Assembly (NCBI GenBank): GCA_030743445.1
Contig: JASLSL010000111.1
Location: forward strand, 1-32,707
Reading direction: 5' to 3'
Length of the DNA: 32,707 bases
DNA from: Alphaproteobacteria bacterium
GTDB lineage: Bacteria; Pseudomonadota; Alphaproteobacteria; UBA8366
This document shows positions 18,416 to 26,688 of this stretch, one piece after another. A model generated the notes under the pieces. That model was given only the letters and a program-made list of their open reading frames with translations. It did not search any database and had not been told where the DNA came from. A program made the translations under genes and the position numbers. Position 1 is the first letter of the stretch. Each line of letters begins with the position of its first letter.

Positions 18416-19789
18416 TCATTGGCGATGGCCGGAATCGCCGCGCAGCAGGTCCATCAGTCCGGCGACCTCGTCGGCCGACAGCTCGTCGAGCCGGCCCGCG
18501 AGATCGACGATCCGCTCGGCGGTTTCCTCCTCGAAGCGCAGCGCCAGGCAGTCGCGCACCTTGACCAGGTGGTCCGCCTCGGGGATCGGCGGCGTGCCCC
18601 AGATGCCGCGCGGCCCGGTGCAGCGGGTCTCCAGCGCCTCGCCGCCTTCCAGCGTGACCCGCATCTCGACATACATCTGGTCGAACCGGCCCGGGATGTC
18701 GTCGCGCATCTCGAGATCGTATTTCCCGAGCATCGCCTCCATGTCGGGGCTGAAGCGGCGCTCGTCGGTGAAGCTCGAGATCACCACCTTGCCGTCGAGC
18801 AAGGCGCAGGCCGAGGTGTACTGCCAACTGAACTTGCCGTCGAGCCCGTCTGCCGGCTTCGGCCGGTCGATATAGGCCATCATCGGGGTCTTCAGGTGGA
18901 CCCGCTCGATCCGCGACGCATCGCCGATCTTGCCATGCAGCTCCAGCCCGGCGGTAATCACGAAATGGGTGCCGAACTGGCTCGGGAACATCTTGATCGC
19001 GTAGCCCGGGTCGGCGACCCGAAAGGGCGGGCCGTAGTTCAACAGCTCTTGCGTGTCGAAGTCCTTGTCGAAGAAGGTCGCGACATAGCCGCGCGGATCG
19101 TCGAAGGTCTCGGTGTTGCCGGTGAAGCCGCGCGAGGCCAGCAGCGCCGCGTCGAGCCCCATCGCGACGGCGAGCCCGCAATTGGTCGATTTCGACATCG
19201 TGCCGACATTGCCGAGGATGCTGCCAATGCGCGACGAAGTAGTGCCGAGCGCGTTCCGCAGCTGCATCGCGTCGAGCCCCAACAGGTGGCCCGCCGCGAC
19301 CGCCGCCCCCATCGGGCCGACCAGCCCCGGCGGGTGGTAGTGGGTCTGCTTGATGTCGTGCTGGCCCGAGGCGGCGCGAATCCAACCCATCGTCTCGATG
19401 CCCTTGACCATGGCCGTCAAGGCCTCGCGGCCGGGAAGGCAGCGCGCCTCGGCGAGCGCCAGGACCGCCGGCAGCGAGGTCGAGACCTGGTGGTTGGCGG
19501 GCTGCCACATCGGCTCGAAGTCGAGCACGTGCATCGCCGAGCCGTTGACGTAGGCGGCGTTCACCGGCGAGGTCTTGAACCCGAAGCCGATCACCGAGGA
19601 CGTCGGGTTGCCGCCAAGCTCCCGGACGTGCGCGGCGAGAATGCCCGGCGCCTCCTCCTGCACCGTCCCCGCGACCGCCACCGCGACCCCGTCGAGCACC
19701 AGGCGCCGCGCCGCCGCTATCGCGGCCTTGGGCAGATCGTCGTATCCCGTGGCGACGATCTTCTCGGCGAGTTCGGCGGTAACGGTCAT
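18416..19789 (-). CDS. MmgE/PrpD family protein (copy 2, HVLDFEPMW variant)
   Basis: ARRLVLDGVAVAVAG, AAYVNGSAMHVLDFE, KMFPSQFGTH and GKFSWQY. ATG overlaps the stop of the DMT gene. Confidence 0.88.
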   Translation of the reverse strand: MTVTAELAEKIVATGYDDLPKAAIAAARRLVLDGVAVAVAGTVQEEAPGILAAHVRELGGNPTSSVIGFGFKTSPVNAAYVNGSAMHVLDFEPMWQPANHQVSTSLPAVLALAEARCLPGREALTAMVKGIETMGWIRAASGQHDIKQTHYHPPGLVGPMGAAVAAGHLLGLDAMQLRNALGTTSSRIGSILGNVGTMSKSTNCGLAVAMGLDAALLASRGFTGNTETFDDPRGYVATFFDKDFDTQELLNYGPPFRVADPGYAIKMFPSQFGTHFVITAGLELHGKIGDASRIERVHLKTPMMAYIDRPKPADGLDGKFSWQYTSACALLDGKVVISSFTDERRFSPDMEAMLGKYDLEMRDDIPGRFDQMYVEMRVTLEGGEALETRCTGPRGIWGTPPIPEADHLVKVRDCLALRFEEETAERIVDLAGRLDELSADEVAGLMDLLRGDSGHRQ

Positions 19790-20652
19790 AAGCGGCTCTC
19801 CCGGCGGATGCTGTAATAGTTGCCGGCGAAGATCAGCGCCGCCCCCAGGAACACGAAAAACTCCAACGGTTCGTTATAGAGAATGTAGGCGACGAGGGCG
19901 ATCAAGGGCAGGCGCATGAACTCCATCGGCATGACGATGGTCGCGTCGGCATGCAGGAAAGCGTTGGCGAGACTGTAGTGCGCGGTCAGGGCGCAGAGCC
20001 CGACGATCAGCAGCCACGGCAGGTCGGTCCATCCCGGCGTCACCCACTGGAACAGCGCCGGGACCAATCCCATCGGCAGTTGGATCAGCGACATATAGAA
20101 CAGGATCGCGAGCGGCCGGTCGGTCCGGATCAGGGTCTTGGTGCAGACGATCGAGCCGGCGAAACACATGGCGGCGCCGATCATCACCAGGGCGCCGACG
20201 TCGATGATCTCGATCCCCGGGCGCAGGATCACCAATATCCCGACGAAGCCGGCAATCATCGCCACGGCGCGCCCGCGGTTCATGCGCTCGCCGAGAAGCG
20301 TTATCGCCAGGATCGCGGTCCACAGCGGAATGGTGAACTCGATCGCGAACACCTCGGTCAGCGGCAGCAGCGACAGGCCGAGGACCCAGCCGAACTGGCC
20401 GCCGTAATGGATGATGTTGCGACCCACCTGCATCTTCGGCTGGTAGGTGCGGATTTCGCTCCAGCCGACCCGGGCGACGATCGCCACGGTGATGATCAAC
20501 CCGACGAGGCTGCGGAAGAACAGGATCTCGAAGGTTCCCATCGTGCCGTGCAGCTGGCGCACCGCGACCGCCATGACGGTGAAGGACAGCAAGGTGCCGA
20601 TCATCCAGGTCGCGGCCTTGAGGGTGGGGTGGGTCGATTTCCGGCGCGCCAT
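19786..20652 (-). CDS. DMT/EamA family transporter
   Basis: About 10 hydrophobic segments; EILFFRS, FTIPLWTAILA..LLGERM, GILVILRPG and ADATIVMPMEF. Confidence 0.88.
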   Translation of the reverse strand: MARRKSTHPTLKAATWMIGTLLSFTVMAVAVRQLHGTMGTFEILFFRSLVGLIITVAIVARVGWSEIRTYQPKMQVGRNIIHYGGQFGWVLGLSLLPLTEVFAIEFTIPLWTAILAITLLGERMNRGRAVAMIAGFVGILVILRPGIEIIDVGALVMIGAAMCFAGSIVCTKTLIRTDRPLAILFYMSLIQLPMGLVPALFQWVTPGWTDLPWLLIVGLCALTAHYSLANAFLHADATIVMPMEFMRLPLIALVAYILYNEPLEFFVFLGAALIFAGNYYSIRRESRL

Positions 20653-20755
20653 TGGAGAGCCAACCATGCCCCGCGGGGTGGGGCGAGGCAAGGCGTTGCC
20701 AAAACCCGCCGTTCCGGGTCAGATAGGCGCGCTAAATTCAGGGGAGGCGATCGAC

Positions 20756-21538
20756 ATGCGGTGGGCCAGGATCGAGGTGGACGGCGCGGCGGTCCACGGG
20801 ATCGTCGAGGGCGACGAGGTCGAAGTGGTCACCGGCGACCCGTTCGACGGCTACGAGCGGACCGGTAACAGGTTACCGCTCGACGCGGTCAAGCTGCTGG
20901 TGCCGGTAGTCCCGAAGACGTTCTATGCGGCGGGGCTCAACTACCTGGAGCACGTCAAGGAGCAGGCGGCGCTGCGCGGCACCGAGCCCAACATCGCGGA
21001 GCGGCCGGAAATCGGCTACCGCGCCAACAACGCGCTGATCGCCCACGGCGAGGCGATCGTCATTCCCGCCGACGCGACCGACAAGGTCGAGTACGAAGGC
21101 GAAATCGTCGCCGTGATCGGCAAGCAGGCGAAGCACGTCGCCGTGGCGGACGCGCTCGACTGCGTGCTCGGCTACACCATCGGCAACGACGTCAGCGAGC
21201 GCAATTGGCAGAAGTCGGACCGCACCATGTGGCGCTCCAAGAACACCGACACCTTCAAGCCGATGGGGCCGTGGATCGAGACCGATGTCGACCTCGACGC
21301 GCTCGAGACCACGGTGCGGCTCAACGGCGAGGAAATGATCCGCTTCAAGACCAACCACATGCTGTTCGGCATCGAGGCCTATATCAGCGCGATGTCGCAA
21401 TACATCACGCTGCAGGCGGGCGACGTCATCTGGATGGGCACCGAGGGTGCGGCCCGGAACCTCGAGGACGGCGACGTCGTCGAGGTCGAGATCGACGGGA
21501 TCGGCACCCTGAGCAATCCCGTGATCCGGGAAGGCTAG
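20756..21538 (+). CDS. Fumarylacetoacetate hydrolase family protein
   Basis: AGLNYLEH, EYEGE, GYTIGNDVSER, KNTDTFKPMGP and GDVVEVEIDGIGTLSNP; GGAGG SD. Confidence 0.92.
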   Translation: MRWARIEVDGAAVHGIVEGDEVEVVTGDPFDGYERTGNRLPLDAVKLLVPVVPKTFYAAGLNYLEHVKEQAALRGTEPNIAERPEIGYRANNALIAHGEAIVIPADATDKVEYEGEIVAVIGKQAKHVAVADALDCVLGYTIGNDVSERNWQKSDRTMWRSKNTDTFKPMGPWIETDVDLDALETTVRLNGEEMIRFKTNHMLFGIEAYISAMSQYITLQAGDVIWMGTEGAARNLEDGDVVEVEIDGIGTLSNPVIREG

Positions 21539-21540
21539 TA

Positions 21541-21762
21541 CTAGGTCGCCACTAATTCCTTCAGGATACTGCGGCCGGAAGCGGTCAGGCTCGCCTTGTC
21601 GAAGCCTTGACCGAAGGGGGAGAGCCGAATCCAGTTCGCCGCCTTGCATTCCCCGAGCGTGCGGAACAGCAGGGTGCCGTCGTCCTCGCTCGGGACCGCG
21701 ATGTCGCCCGACATCGAGATCAACTCCAGAAGCAATGTCTGCTGCGGCAACGGCTTGGCCAT
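21541..21762 (-). CDS. Small hypothetical protein (73 aa), possibly winged-helix-like
   Basis: ATG after a G-rich SD; protein-like composition; fills the gap between flanking genes; the LTASGRSIL tail resembles a wHTH wing/helix. Confidence 0.6.
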   Translation of the reverse strand: MAKPLPQQTLLLELISMSGDIAVPSEDDGTLLFRTLGECKAANWIRLSPFGQGFDKASLTASGRSILKELVAT

Positions 21763-21930
21763 GGCGGGTCCCCCCTGTTTACCGGCCCATCGTGTCGGCC
21801 CCTCTGGCGGGGGCGCTTCTATTTTCCGGGCACCACAAAACTAGAGGGACCCCGCCGAAGTCAAGGCCCGTGCTGTTCCGCGCCTGGCGATTGGATTAGG
21901 CTCGAAGCGGATCAACGACGGAGGCTTGCG

Positions 21931-22299
21931 ATGATCGACAAGATCCAGGGGTGCGTGAACGGCGACAAGATGCTGATCCGGCGCGGCCGGTTCGTCGATC
22001 TCGCCTTTCTGCTTGGTGTCGGCGACGAGGACTACCTTGTCACCATAGAGAAGGGGCGCATCGCCTCGATCGAGCCGCGTGAGCTCGAGACCATAACCGG
22101 CCAATTCTCGATCCGCGCCGCGTCCGAGGTCTGGCAGGAATTCTGGAAGCCCATGCCGAAGCGCAACCATCACGACATCTGGGCAATGCTGGCGGCGGGG
22201 CTGGTCGAGCTCGACGGCGACCTCGCGCCGTTGATGCAGAACCTGCAGTACTTCAAGGACGTGTTGTCGTCGCCGCGGCCGAAGGCGCGGAGGAGGTAA
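21931..22299 (+). CDS. Hypothetical protein, SCP2 (sterol carrier)-like fold
   Basis: GGAGG SD then ATG at 21931. The pattern VTIEKGRI...FSIRA...VELDGDLAPLMQNLQYFK is SCP2-like. Confidence 0.65.
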   Translation: MIDKIQGCVNGDKMLIRRGRFVDLAFLLGVGDEDYLVTIEKGRIASIEPRELETITGQFSIRAASEVWQEFWKPMPKRNHHDIWAMLAAGLVELDGDLAPLMQNLQYFKDVLSSPRPKARRR

Positions 22300-22303
22300 G
22301 GCG

Positions 22304-23152
22304 ATGCCGGATTACGAGCCGATCGTCGGGCGCTACCTCACCATCGAGGTCGCGGGCGAGGCCTGCCGCATCCATGTCGAGGAGGCGGGCGACGGGATTC
22401 CGCTGGTCTGCCTGCACACCGCGGGCTCGGACGCGCGCCAGTACCGCCACCTGATGTGCGATCCCGCGATCACCGACCACTACCGGGTCATCGCCTTCGA
22501 CATGCCGTGGCATGGCAAGTCGAACCCACCCGTCGGCTGGCGCGACCGCGAGTACAGCCTGACGACCGAGCTCTACAAGGACACCATCATGGCGTTCTGC
22601 CGGGCGATGGAGCTCCGGCACCCGGTGATCATGGGCTGCTCGATGGGCGGGCGCGTGGTCCTCCACCTGGCGCTGGAGCAGGCCGACCGGTTCCGCGCGG
22701 TGATCGCGCTCGAGGGTGCCGACCGGCTCGAGCCCTATTACGAGCTCGATTGGCTGCACCGCCCGGACATCCACGGCGGCGAGGTCTGCGCCGCCATCGT
22801 CTCGGCCCAGGTCGCGCCGCAGAGCCCCGACGAATACCGCTGGGAGACGCTGTGGTCCTACATGCAGGGCGGTCCCGGCATCTTCAAGGGCGATCTCTAT
22901 TTCTACTGGTACGACGGCCATTTCGACGACCGCTCGCCGCTGATCGATACGGACAAGTGTCCGGTTTACCTGTTGTCGGGGGAGTACGACTCGTCCTGTA
23001 CGCCCGAGCGCACGGCGGCGACCGCGTCCCGCATCGCGGGCGCCAAGGCGACGGTGATGGAAGGCATCGGCCACTTCCCGATGTCGGAGAACCCGGCGCT
23101 GTTCCGCACTTACATCCTGCCGGTGCTGGATGAGATCAGGGGTGCGGGGTAG
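22304..23152 (+). CDS. Alpha/beta fold hydrolase
   Basis: LHTAG, DMPWHGKS, GCSMGG nucleophile elbow, GEYD and GHFPMSENP. Confidence 0.9.
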   Translation: MPDYEPIVGRYLTIEVAGEACRIHVEEAGDGIPLVCLHTAGSDARQYRHLMCDPAITDHYRVIAFDMPWHGKSNPPVGWRDREYSLTTELYKDTIMAFCRAMELRHPVIMGCSMGGRVVLHLALEQADRFRAVIALEGADRLEPYYELDWLHRPDIHGGEVCAAIVSAQVAPQSPDEYRWETLWSYMQGGPGIFKGDLYFYWYDGHFDDRSPLIDTDKCPVYLLSGEYDSSCTPERTAATASRIAGAKATVMEGIGHFPMSENPALFRTYILPVLDEIRGAG

Positions 23153-23170
23153 GGCGAAGAATCACGATCA

Positions 23171-23242
23171 CGTCATTCCCGCGAAAGCGGACCCGGCATC
23201 AAGTAAAATCAATGACTTATAAAATGGGGACAGTCCCCATTA
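23171..23242. repeat. Composite intergenic repeat, copy 2
   Basis: CGTCATTCCCGCGAAAGCGG (23171-23190); AATCAATGACTTA IHF consensus (23207-23219); AATGGGGAC-A-GTCCCCATT (23223-23241). Internal offsets are identical to copy 1. Confidence 0.88.
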
Positions 23243-23514
23243 ATTACGATAGACCGGCTCCGCCTGCTCGAGGAAGCTCGCCAGCACGTCGTAGACCATC
23301 AGGTGGTTCTTCTGCTGGAAGCTCGCGTGGCTGATCTCGGGCATCACCTTGAACTGCTTCGACGGGTTCGCCAGGAGCTTGAAGAACTCGAGCAGATCGA
23401 CGATCCCGGCGTGCCCTGGTACTTCTCCCAGAGGAAGAGCTTGATATCGCCCTTGTTGGTCCAGTGCGCCTCGCCGGTCACCGATGGATCGGCCTGTTGC
23501 GGTGCCTGGCTCAT
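23240..23514 (-). pseudogene. Alpha/beta hydrolase remnant with a large internal deletion and frameshift
   Basis: ATG at 23514 gives MSQAPQQADPSVTGEAHWTNKGDIKLFLWEKYQGTP (hydrolase-like N-terminus). Near 23405 this joins, in another frame, DLLEFFKLLANPSKQFKVMPEISHASFQQKNHLMVYDVLASFL (C-terminus with catalytic-His region). Total length is only 275 bp. Confidence 0.75.
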
Positions 23515-23525
23515 GTTCCCCGTCC

Positions 23526-24296
23526 TCAGAATCCGATCTGCGAGCCGCCGCAGATGTTGAGGTGCTGCCCGGTAACATAGCTCGCCGTGTCGCTCAGCAG
23601 GAAGCACACCGGGCCGGCGACTTCGTCGGGCGTGGTCATCCGGCCCATCGGAATCCGCGCCATCGTCTGCTCGATGAATTTCGGGCCGCGGACGACCTCG
23701 GTCATCTCGGTCTCGACGGTGCCGAAACAGACGCTGTTGACGCAAATGCCGTAGCGCGCCCACTCGTGCGCGGCGCTCATGGTGATGCCCAGCACGCCGG
23801 ATTTGGCGGCGCCATAGTTGATCTGGCCGATGGTGCCGCGCCGTCCCGCGACCGAGGAGACGTTGACGATACGCTTCGGGCTGTCGTCGCCCTCGCCGGC
23901 GCGCTCGCGCATATGGCGGCCGACCGCCTGCAGGCAGACGAACACGCCCGTCAGGTTGACGTCGATCACCGCCTGCCAATCGGCGAGCGACATCTTGTGC
24001 GCCATCGCCGCGCGGACGATGCCGGCGTTGTTGTAGAGCCCATTGATGGCGCCGTGCTTGTCGATCACGGCCGCGACCGTGTCCTGCACGAATTTCGGGT
24101 CGGCGACGCTGCCGACGTGGAGGTTGGCGCCGTTCTCGAGCATGCCCTGGGTTTCCTTCAGGCCATCCTCGTTGACGTCGACCAGGGCCAGCGTCGCGCC
24201 CAGCGCCGACGCCTTCGCCGCCACCGCCTGGCCGATGCCCTGCGCCGCACCGGTCATCATGATCACGCGCCCCTCGAGGCTCATCGGGTTTTCCAT
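23526..24296 (-). CDS. SDR, 3-oxoacyl-ACP/CoA reductase (FabG-like)
   Basis: TGAAQGIG, NNAGIVR, NVSS, GQINYGAAK and SYVTGQ. AGGA SD before MENPMS; alternative start at 24317. Confidence 0.9.
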   Translation of the reverse strand: MENPMSLEGRVIMMTGAAQGIGQAVAAKASALGATLALVDVNEDGLKETQGMLENGANLHVGSVADPKFVQDTVAAVIDKHGAINGLYNNAGIVRAAMAHKMSLADWQAVIDVNLTGVFVCLQAVGRHMRERAGEGDDSPKRIVNVSSVAGRRGTIGQINYGAAKSGVLGITMSAAHEWARYGICVNSVCFGTVETEMTEVVRGPKFIEQTMARIPMGRMTTPDEVAGPVCFLLSDTASYVTGQHLNICGGSQIGF

Positions 24297-24335
24297 CGCA
24301 TCGTCCTTTCGCCGCATTGTGTGTTCCCTAAGCCG

Positions 24336-24363
24336 AGCATAGCGCCCGGCTCCGCGAATCCAA
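24336..24363 (-). promoter_or_regulatory. Putative sigma70-type promoter for the FabG-like SDR
   Basis: Minus strand TTGGAT-N16-TATGCT with GC before the -10. Confidence 0.45.
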
Positions 24364-24660
24364 GGGCGCGCGGCGAACGCCCAACCGAGGGATCGCAGAA
24401 CCGGTCCAGGCTGACGAGCCTTTATTTGAACCTGCCCGGCTATTTCGACCCGGTTACTTCCAAGTATTGCCCGAATATTGCCGCCGAGACTTCTGATTCA
24501 CTTGACGCCGAGCCGTCCTGCTAGGTCCACGGCAACCTGTTTCGCGGTCTCATTCCAGGCGCGAAATCGCCAAATAATCGCCTTAATTCAATAGTTTAAT
24601 CCAGGATCGCATGGTTTCGTCCCGATCCGGAGGGCGGCGCCACGGCGGTCCGGGCCGCAT

Positions 24661-24677
24661 TTGGCGCAATATTTGCG
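24661..24677 (+). promoter_or_regulatory. Putative sigma-54 (-24/-12) promoter
   Basis: TTGGCGCAATATTTGCG is TGGC-N7-TTGC with exact GG-N10-GC spacing, about 100 bp upstream of the ATG at 24778 in a long intergenic region. Confidence 0.6.
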
Positions 24678-24777
24678 TGTTATTTGCGCGAGAAGCGGTT
24701 GGACCCTGATTTATTTCGCCGATACAGGGACCGAACGTCGACTTTGGATACGGAATGACAAGCGGAGGATTAGGGGC

Positions 24778-25239
24778 ATGAAACGATTTCCCACCGCGAT
24801 CGTCGTCGCCGTGCTCGCTCTGGCGCTGTCTGCCGTGGCGGTCGCCGGCGGCAAGTACAAACGTTACACCAAGAAGTCGCTCTCGAGCCTGCTTGAGATG
24901 TGCGTCGAAGGCGACGACACCGGTTGTTACTTCTATGCCGGTATGCAGGCCAAACGCGGCAACTACAAGGAAGCGCACGACGCCTATCTGGTCGGCGCCG
25001 AGACCGCAACCAGCCGTGCCGGCTTCGTCTCGATGCTCAAGCTTGCCCAGCTCTACCGTCAGGGCAAGGGCGTTCAGAAGGATTTGGTCCAGGCCTACCG
25101 CTGGTACTCGGTCGTCGCCGAGCGCCAGAAATCGAAGGACCTCAGGGTCGCCGCCACCGGCCAGCGAAAGAAGATCGCCAAGCAGATGACCACGCGGCAG
25201 ATCGCCCTCGCCGAGGCGCTGTCCAAAGCCTGGAAGTAA
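24778..25239 (+). CDS. Secreted Sel1-like repeat protein
   Basis: Signal peptide MKRFPTAIVVAVLALALSAVAVA; Sel1 repeat SMLKLAQLYRQGKGVQKDLVQAYRWY; tail KQMTTRQIALAEAL. Confidence 0.82.
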   Translation: MKRFPTAIVVAVLALALSAVAVAGGKYKRYTKKSLSSLLEMCVEGDDTGCYFYAGMQAKRGNYKEAHDAYLVGAETATSRAGFVSMLKLAQLYRQGKGVQKDLVQAYRWYSVVAERQKSKDLRVAATGQRKKIAKQMTTRQIALAEALSKAWK

Positions 25240-25266
25240 CGCCGCAACCGTTTCCACAGGGGTAAC

Positions 25267-25310
25267 GCTGCCCGCGCGGGATCAAGCCACCGCGCGGGCG
25301 GTTTCTCGTT
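25267..25310. terminator. GC-rich hairpin between convergent genes (probable intrinsic terminator)
   Basis: GCCCGCGCGG (25270-25279) pairs perfectly with CCGCGCGGGC (25290-25299); followed by GGTTTCTCGTT. Confidence 0.6.
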
Positions 25311-25332
25311 CGCGCCGATACTCGTTGTCCGG

Positions 25333-26526
25333 TCAGGTGACCGACAGGTCGGGCTCGTGGCCCAGGATATAGGCGCCGACCGTCTGCAGGTGGGACTTCT
25401 GTCCCTGCATCTGCTGGGTCACGGTGTGGATGTCGCGGAACCGGCGCTCCATCGGGTGGCTCGCGAAGATCGACGTCGCTCCCGCCGCGTCATAGGCCAT
25501 ATCGGCCACGGCCTTCGCCTCGTGGATGCCATAGGTCGTGGCCAGGCGAATGCGCATGCGCTGCGCGATTTCGAGCCTTCCGGTATGCACGACCTCGCGC
25601 CAGATATGGTCGAGCTCGCTGAGGATAAACGCCCGGGCCGAGCCGAGCCGGGCCTCGGCCTCGCCGACCTCGCGCTGGATCATGCCGTTGTCGCGCAGCA
25701 CCTGTTTGGCGCGCTGCGGCTGCTTTTCCATCGCCAGTTCCTTGAAGCTGTCGAGCATCGTGCGGGCGATCCCGATAGCCGTTCCCGAAAACCCGGTGGC
25801 GTAGAGGTTGGTCTGGTGGAACTGGTAGAGCGGCGCCTCGATGCGCCGTTCGGCCGGGTCGTCGCGCGAGACCGAGTGCTCGTGGGGGATGGCGAGATCG
25901 CCGACCCGGAAGCCGTCGCTCGCGGTGGCGCGCAGGCCGATCACGTCCCAGATATCGATCGGGGTCGCCTGGTCCGCCGGGAACAGCATGGTCCGGATCA
26001 CCGGGCCGCCGTCCTCGCGGCGTTCGGGCTCGCCGTCCGCCCCCAGGACGACCGAGTGGGCGCCGAGCCAGCTTGCGTGTCGCATGCCGCTTGCGAACGA
26101 GCATTCGGCGTTGAGGCGGAATCCACCGTCTTCCGGTACGACCTCGGCCTTGCCCGGCCCCCAGGCGACGACGCCGTTCGGGTCGTTGCCCCAGATCTCG
26201 TCGGCGACCTCGGGCTCGAGGAAGGCCGCGGTCATCGCGCATCCATTCGCCTGGCAGAGGCACCAGGCAGTGCTGGCGTCGTGCTTCGCCACCGCCTCGA
26301 TGGTTTGGAAGAAAGTCATCGGGTCGACCTCGCCGCCGCCGAACTGCCGCGGCAGCAGAAGACGGAACAGGCCCGCGTCGTGCAGGGCGGCCAGTACGTC
26401 GTCCGGCAATCGGCGGTCGCGCTCGGCTTGGTCGGCGGCGGCGTCGATGATCGGCGCGATGTCCCGGACCCGGTCCAGGTAGTCGACGTCCGATCCGGCC
26501 GGGGCTGTCGATGACCGTGGCGCCAT
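25333..26526 (-). CDS. Acyl-CoA dehydrogenase-fold flavin-dependent monooxygenase (HsaA/DszC-like oxygenase component)
   Basis: AERDRRLP, AGLFRLLLPRQFGG, STAWC, SFASG, WDVIGLRATAS and ERRFRDIHT; AAAGG SD. Confidence 0.85.
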   Translation of the reverse strand: MAPRSSTAPAGSDVDYLDRVRDIAPIIDAAADQAERDRRLPDDVLAALHDAGLFRLLLPRQFGGGEVDPMTFFQTIEAVAKHDASTAWCLCQANGCAMTAAFLEPEVADEIWGNDPNGVVAWGPGKAEVVPEDGGFRLNAECSFASGMRHASWLGAHSVVLGADGEPERREDGGPVIRTMLFPADQATPIDIWDVIGLRATASDGFRVGDLAIPHEHSVSRDDPAERRIEAPLYQFHQTNLYATGFSGTAIGIARTMLDSFKELAMEKQPQRAKQVLRDNGMIQREVGEAEARLGSARAFILSELDHIWREVVHTGRLEIAQRMRIRLATTYGIHEAKAVADMAYDAAGATSIFASHPMERRFRDIHTVTQQMQGQKSHLQTVGAYILGHEPDLSVT

Positions 26527-26688
26527 GATCCCTTTCCTATCGTTCCAGCTTGCTGCGTCGGGCGCCGCGACGCCGATACAACCGTTTTACCGTGACGCAT
26601 GGCGCCGGAATCGACAACACCCATCTCTCCGTAAATCGCACTCGGCGGGCGATTCCGATGATGCGAAGCGCCTTGGGCCGGCCTGGAT

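Noticed and set aside
21535-21544. CTAGTACTAG perfect palindrome
   Set aside because: Explained by two convergent TAG stops 2 bp apart; too short to support an operator or terminator.
24583-24599. TTAA...TTAA resembling a CtrA box
   Set aside because: The spacing is N9, not the N7 of the CtrA consensus.
24364-24660. Riboswitch or sRNA in the longest intergenic region
   Set aside because: I recognised no conserved riboswitch or sRNA motifs by eye; an Rfam/Infernal scan would be needed to exclude one.
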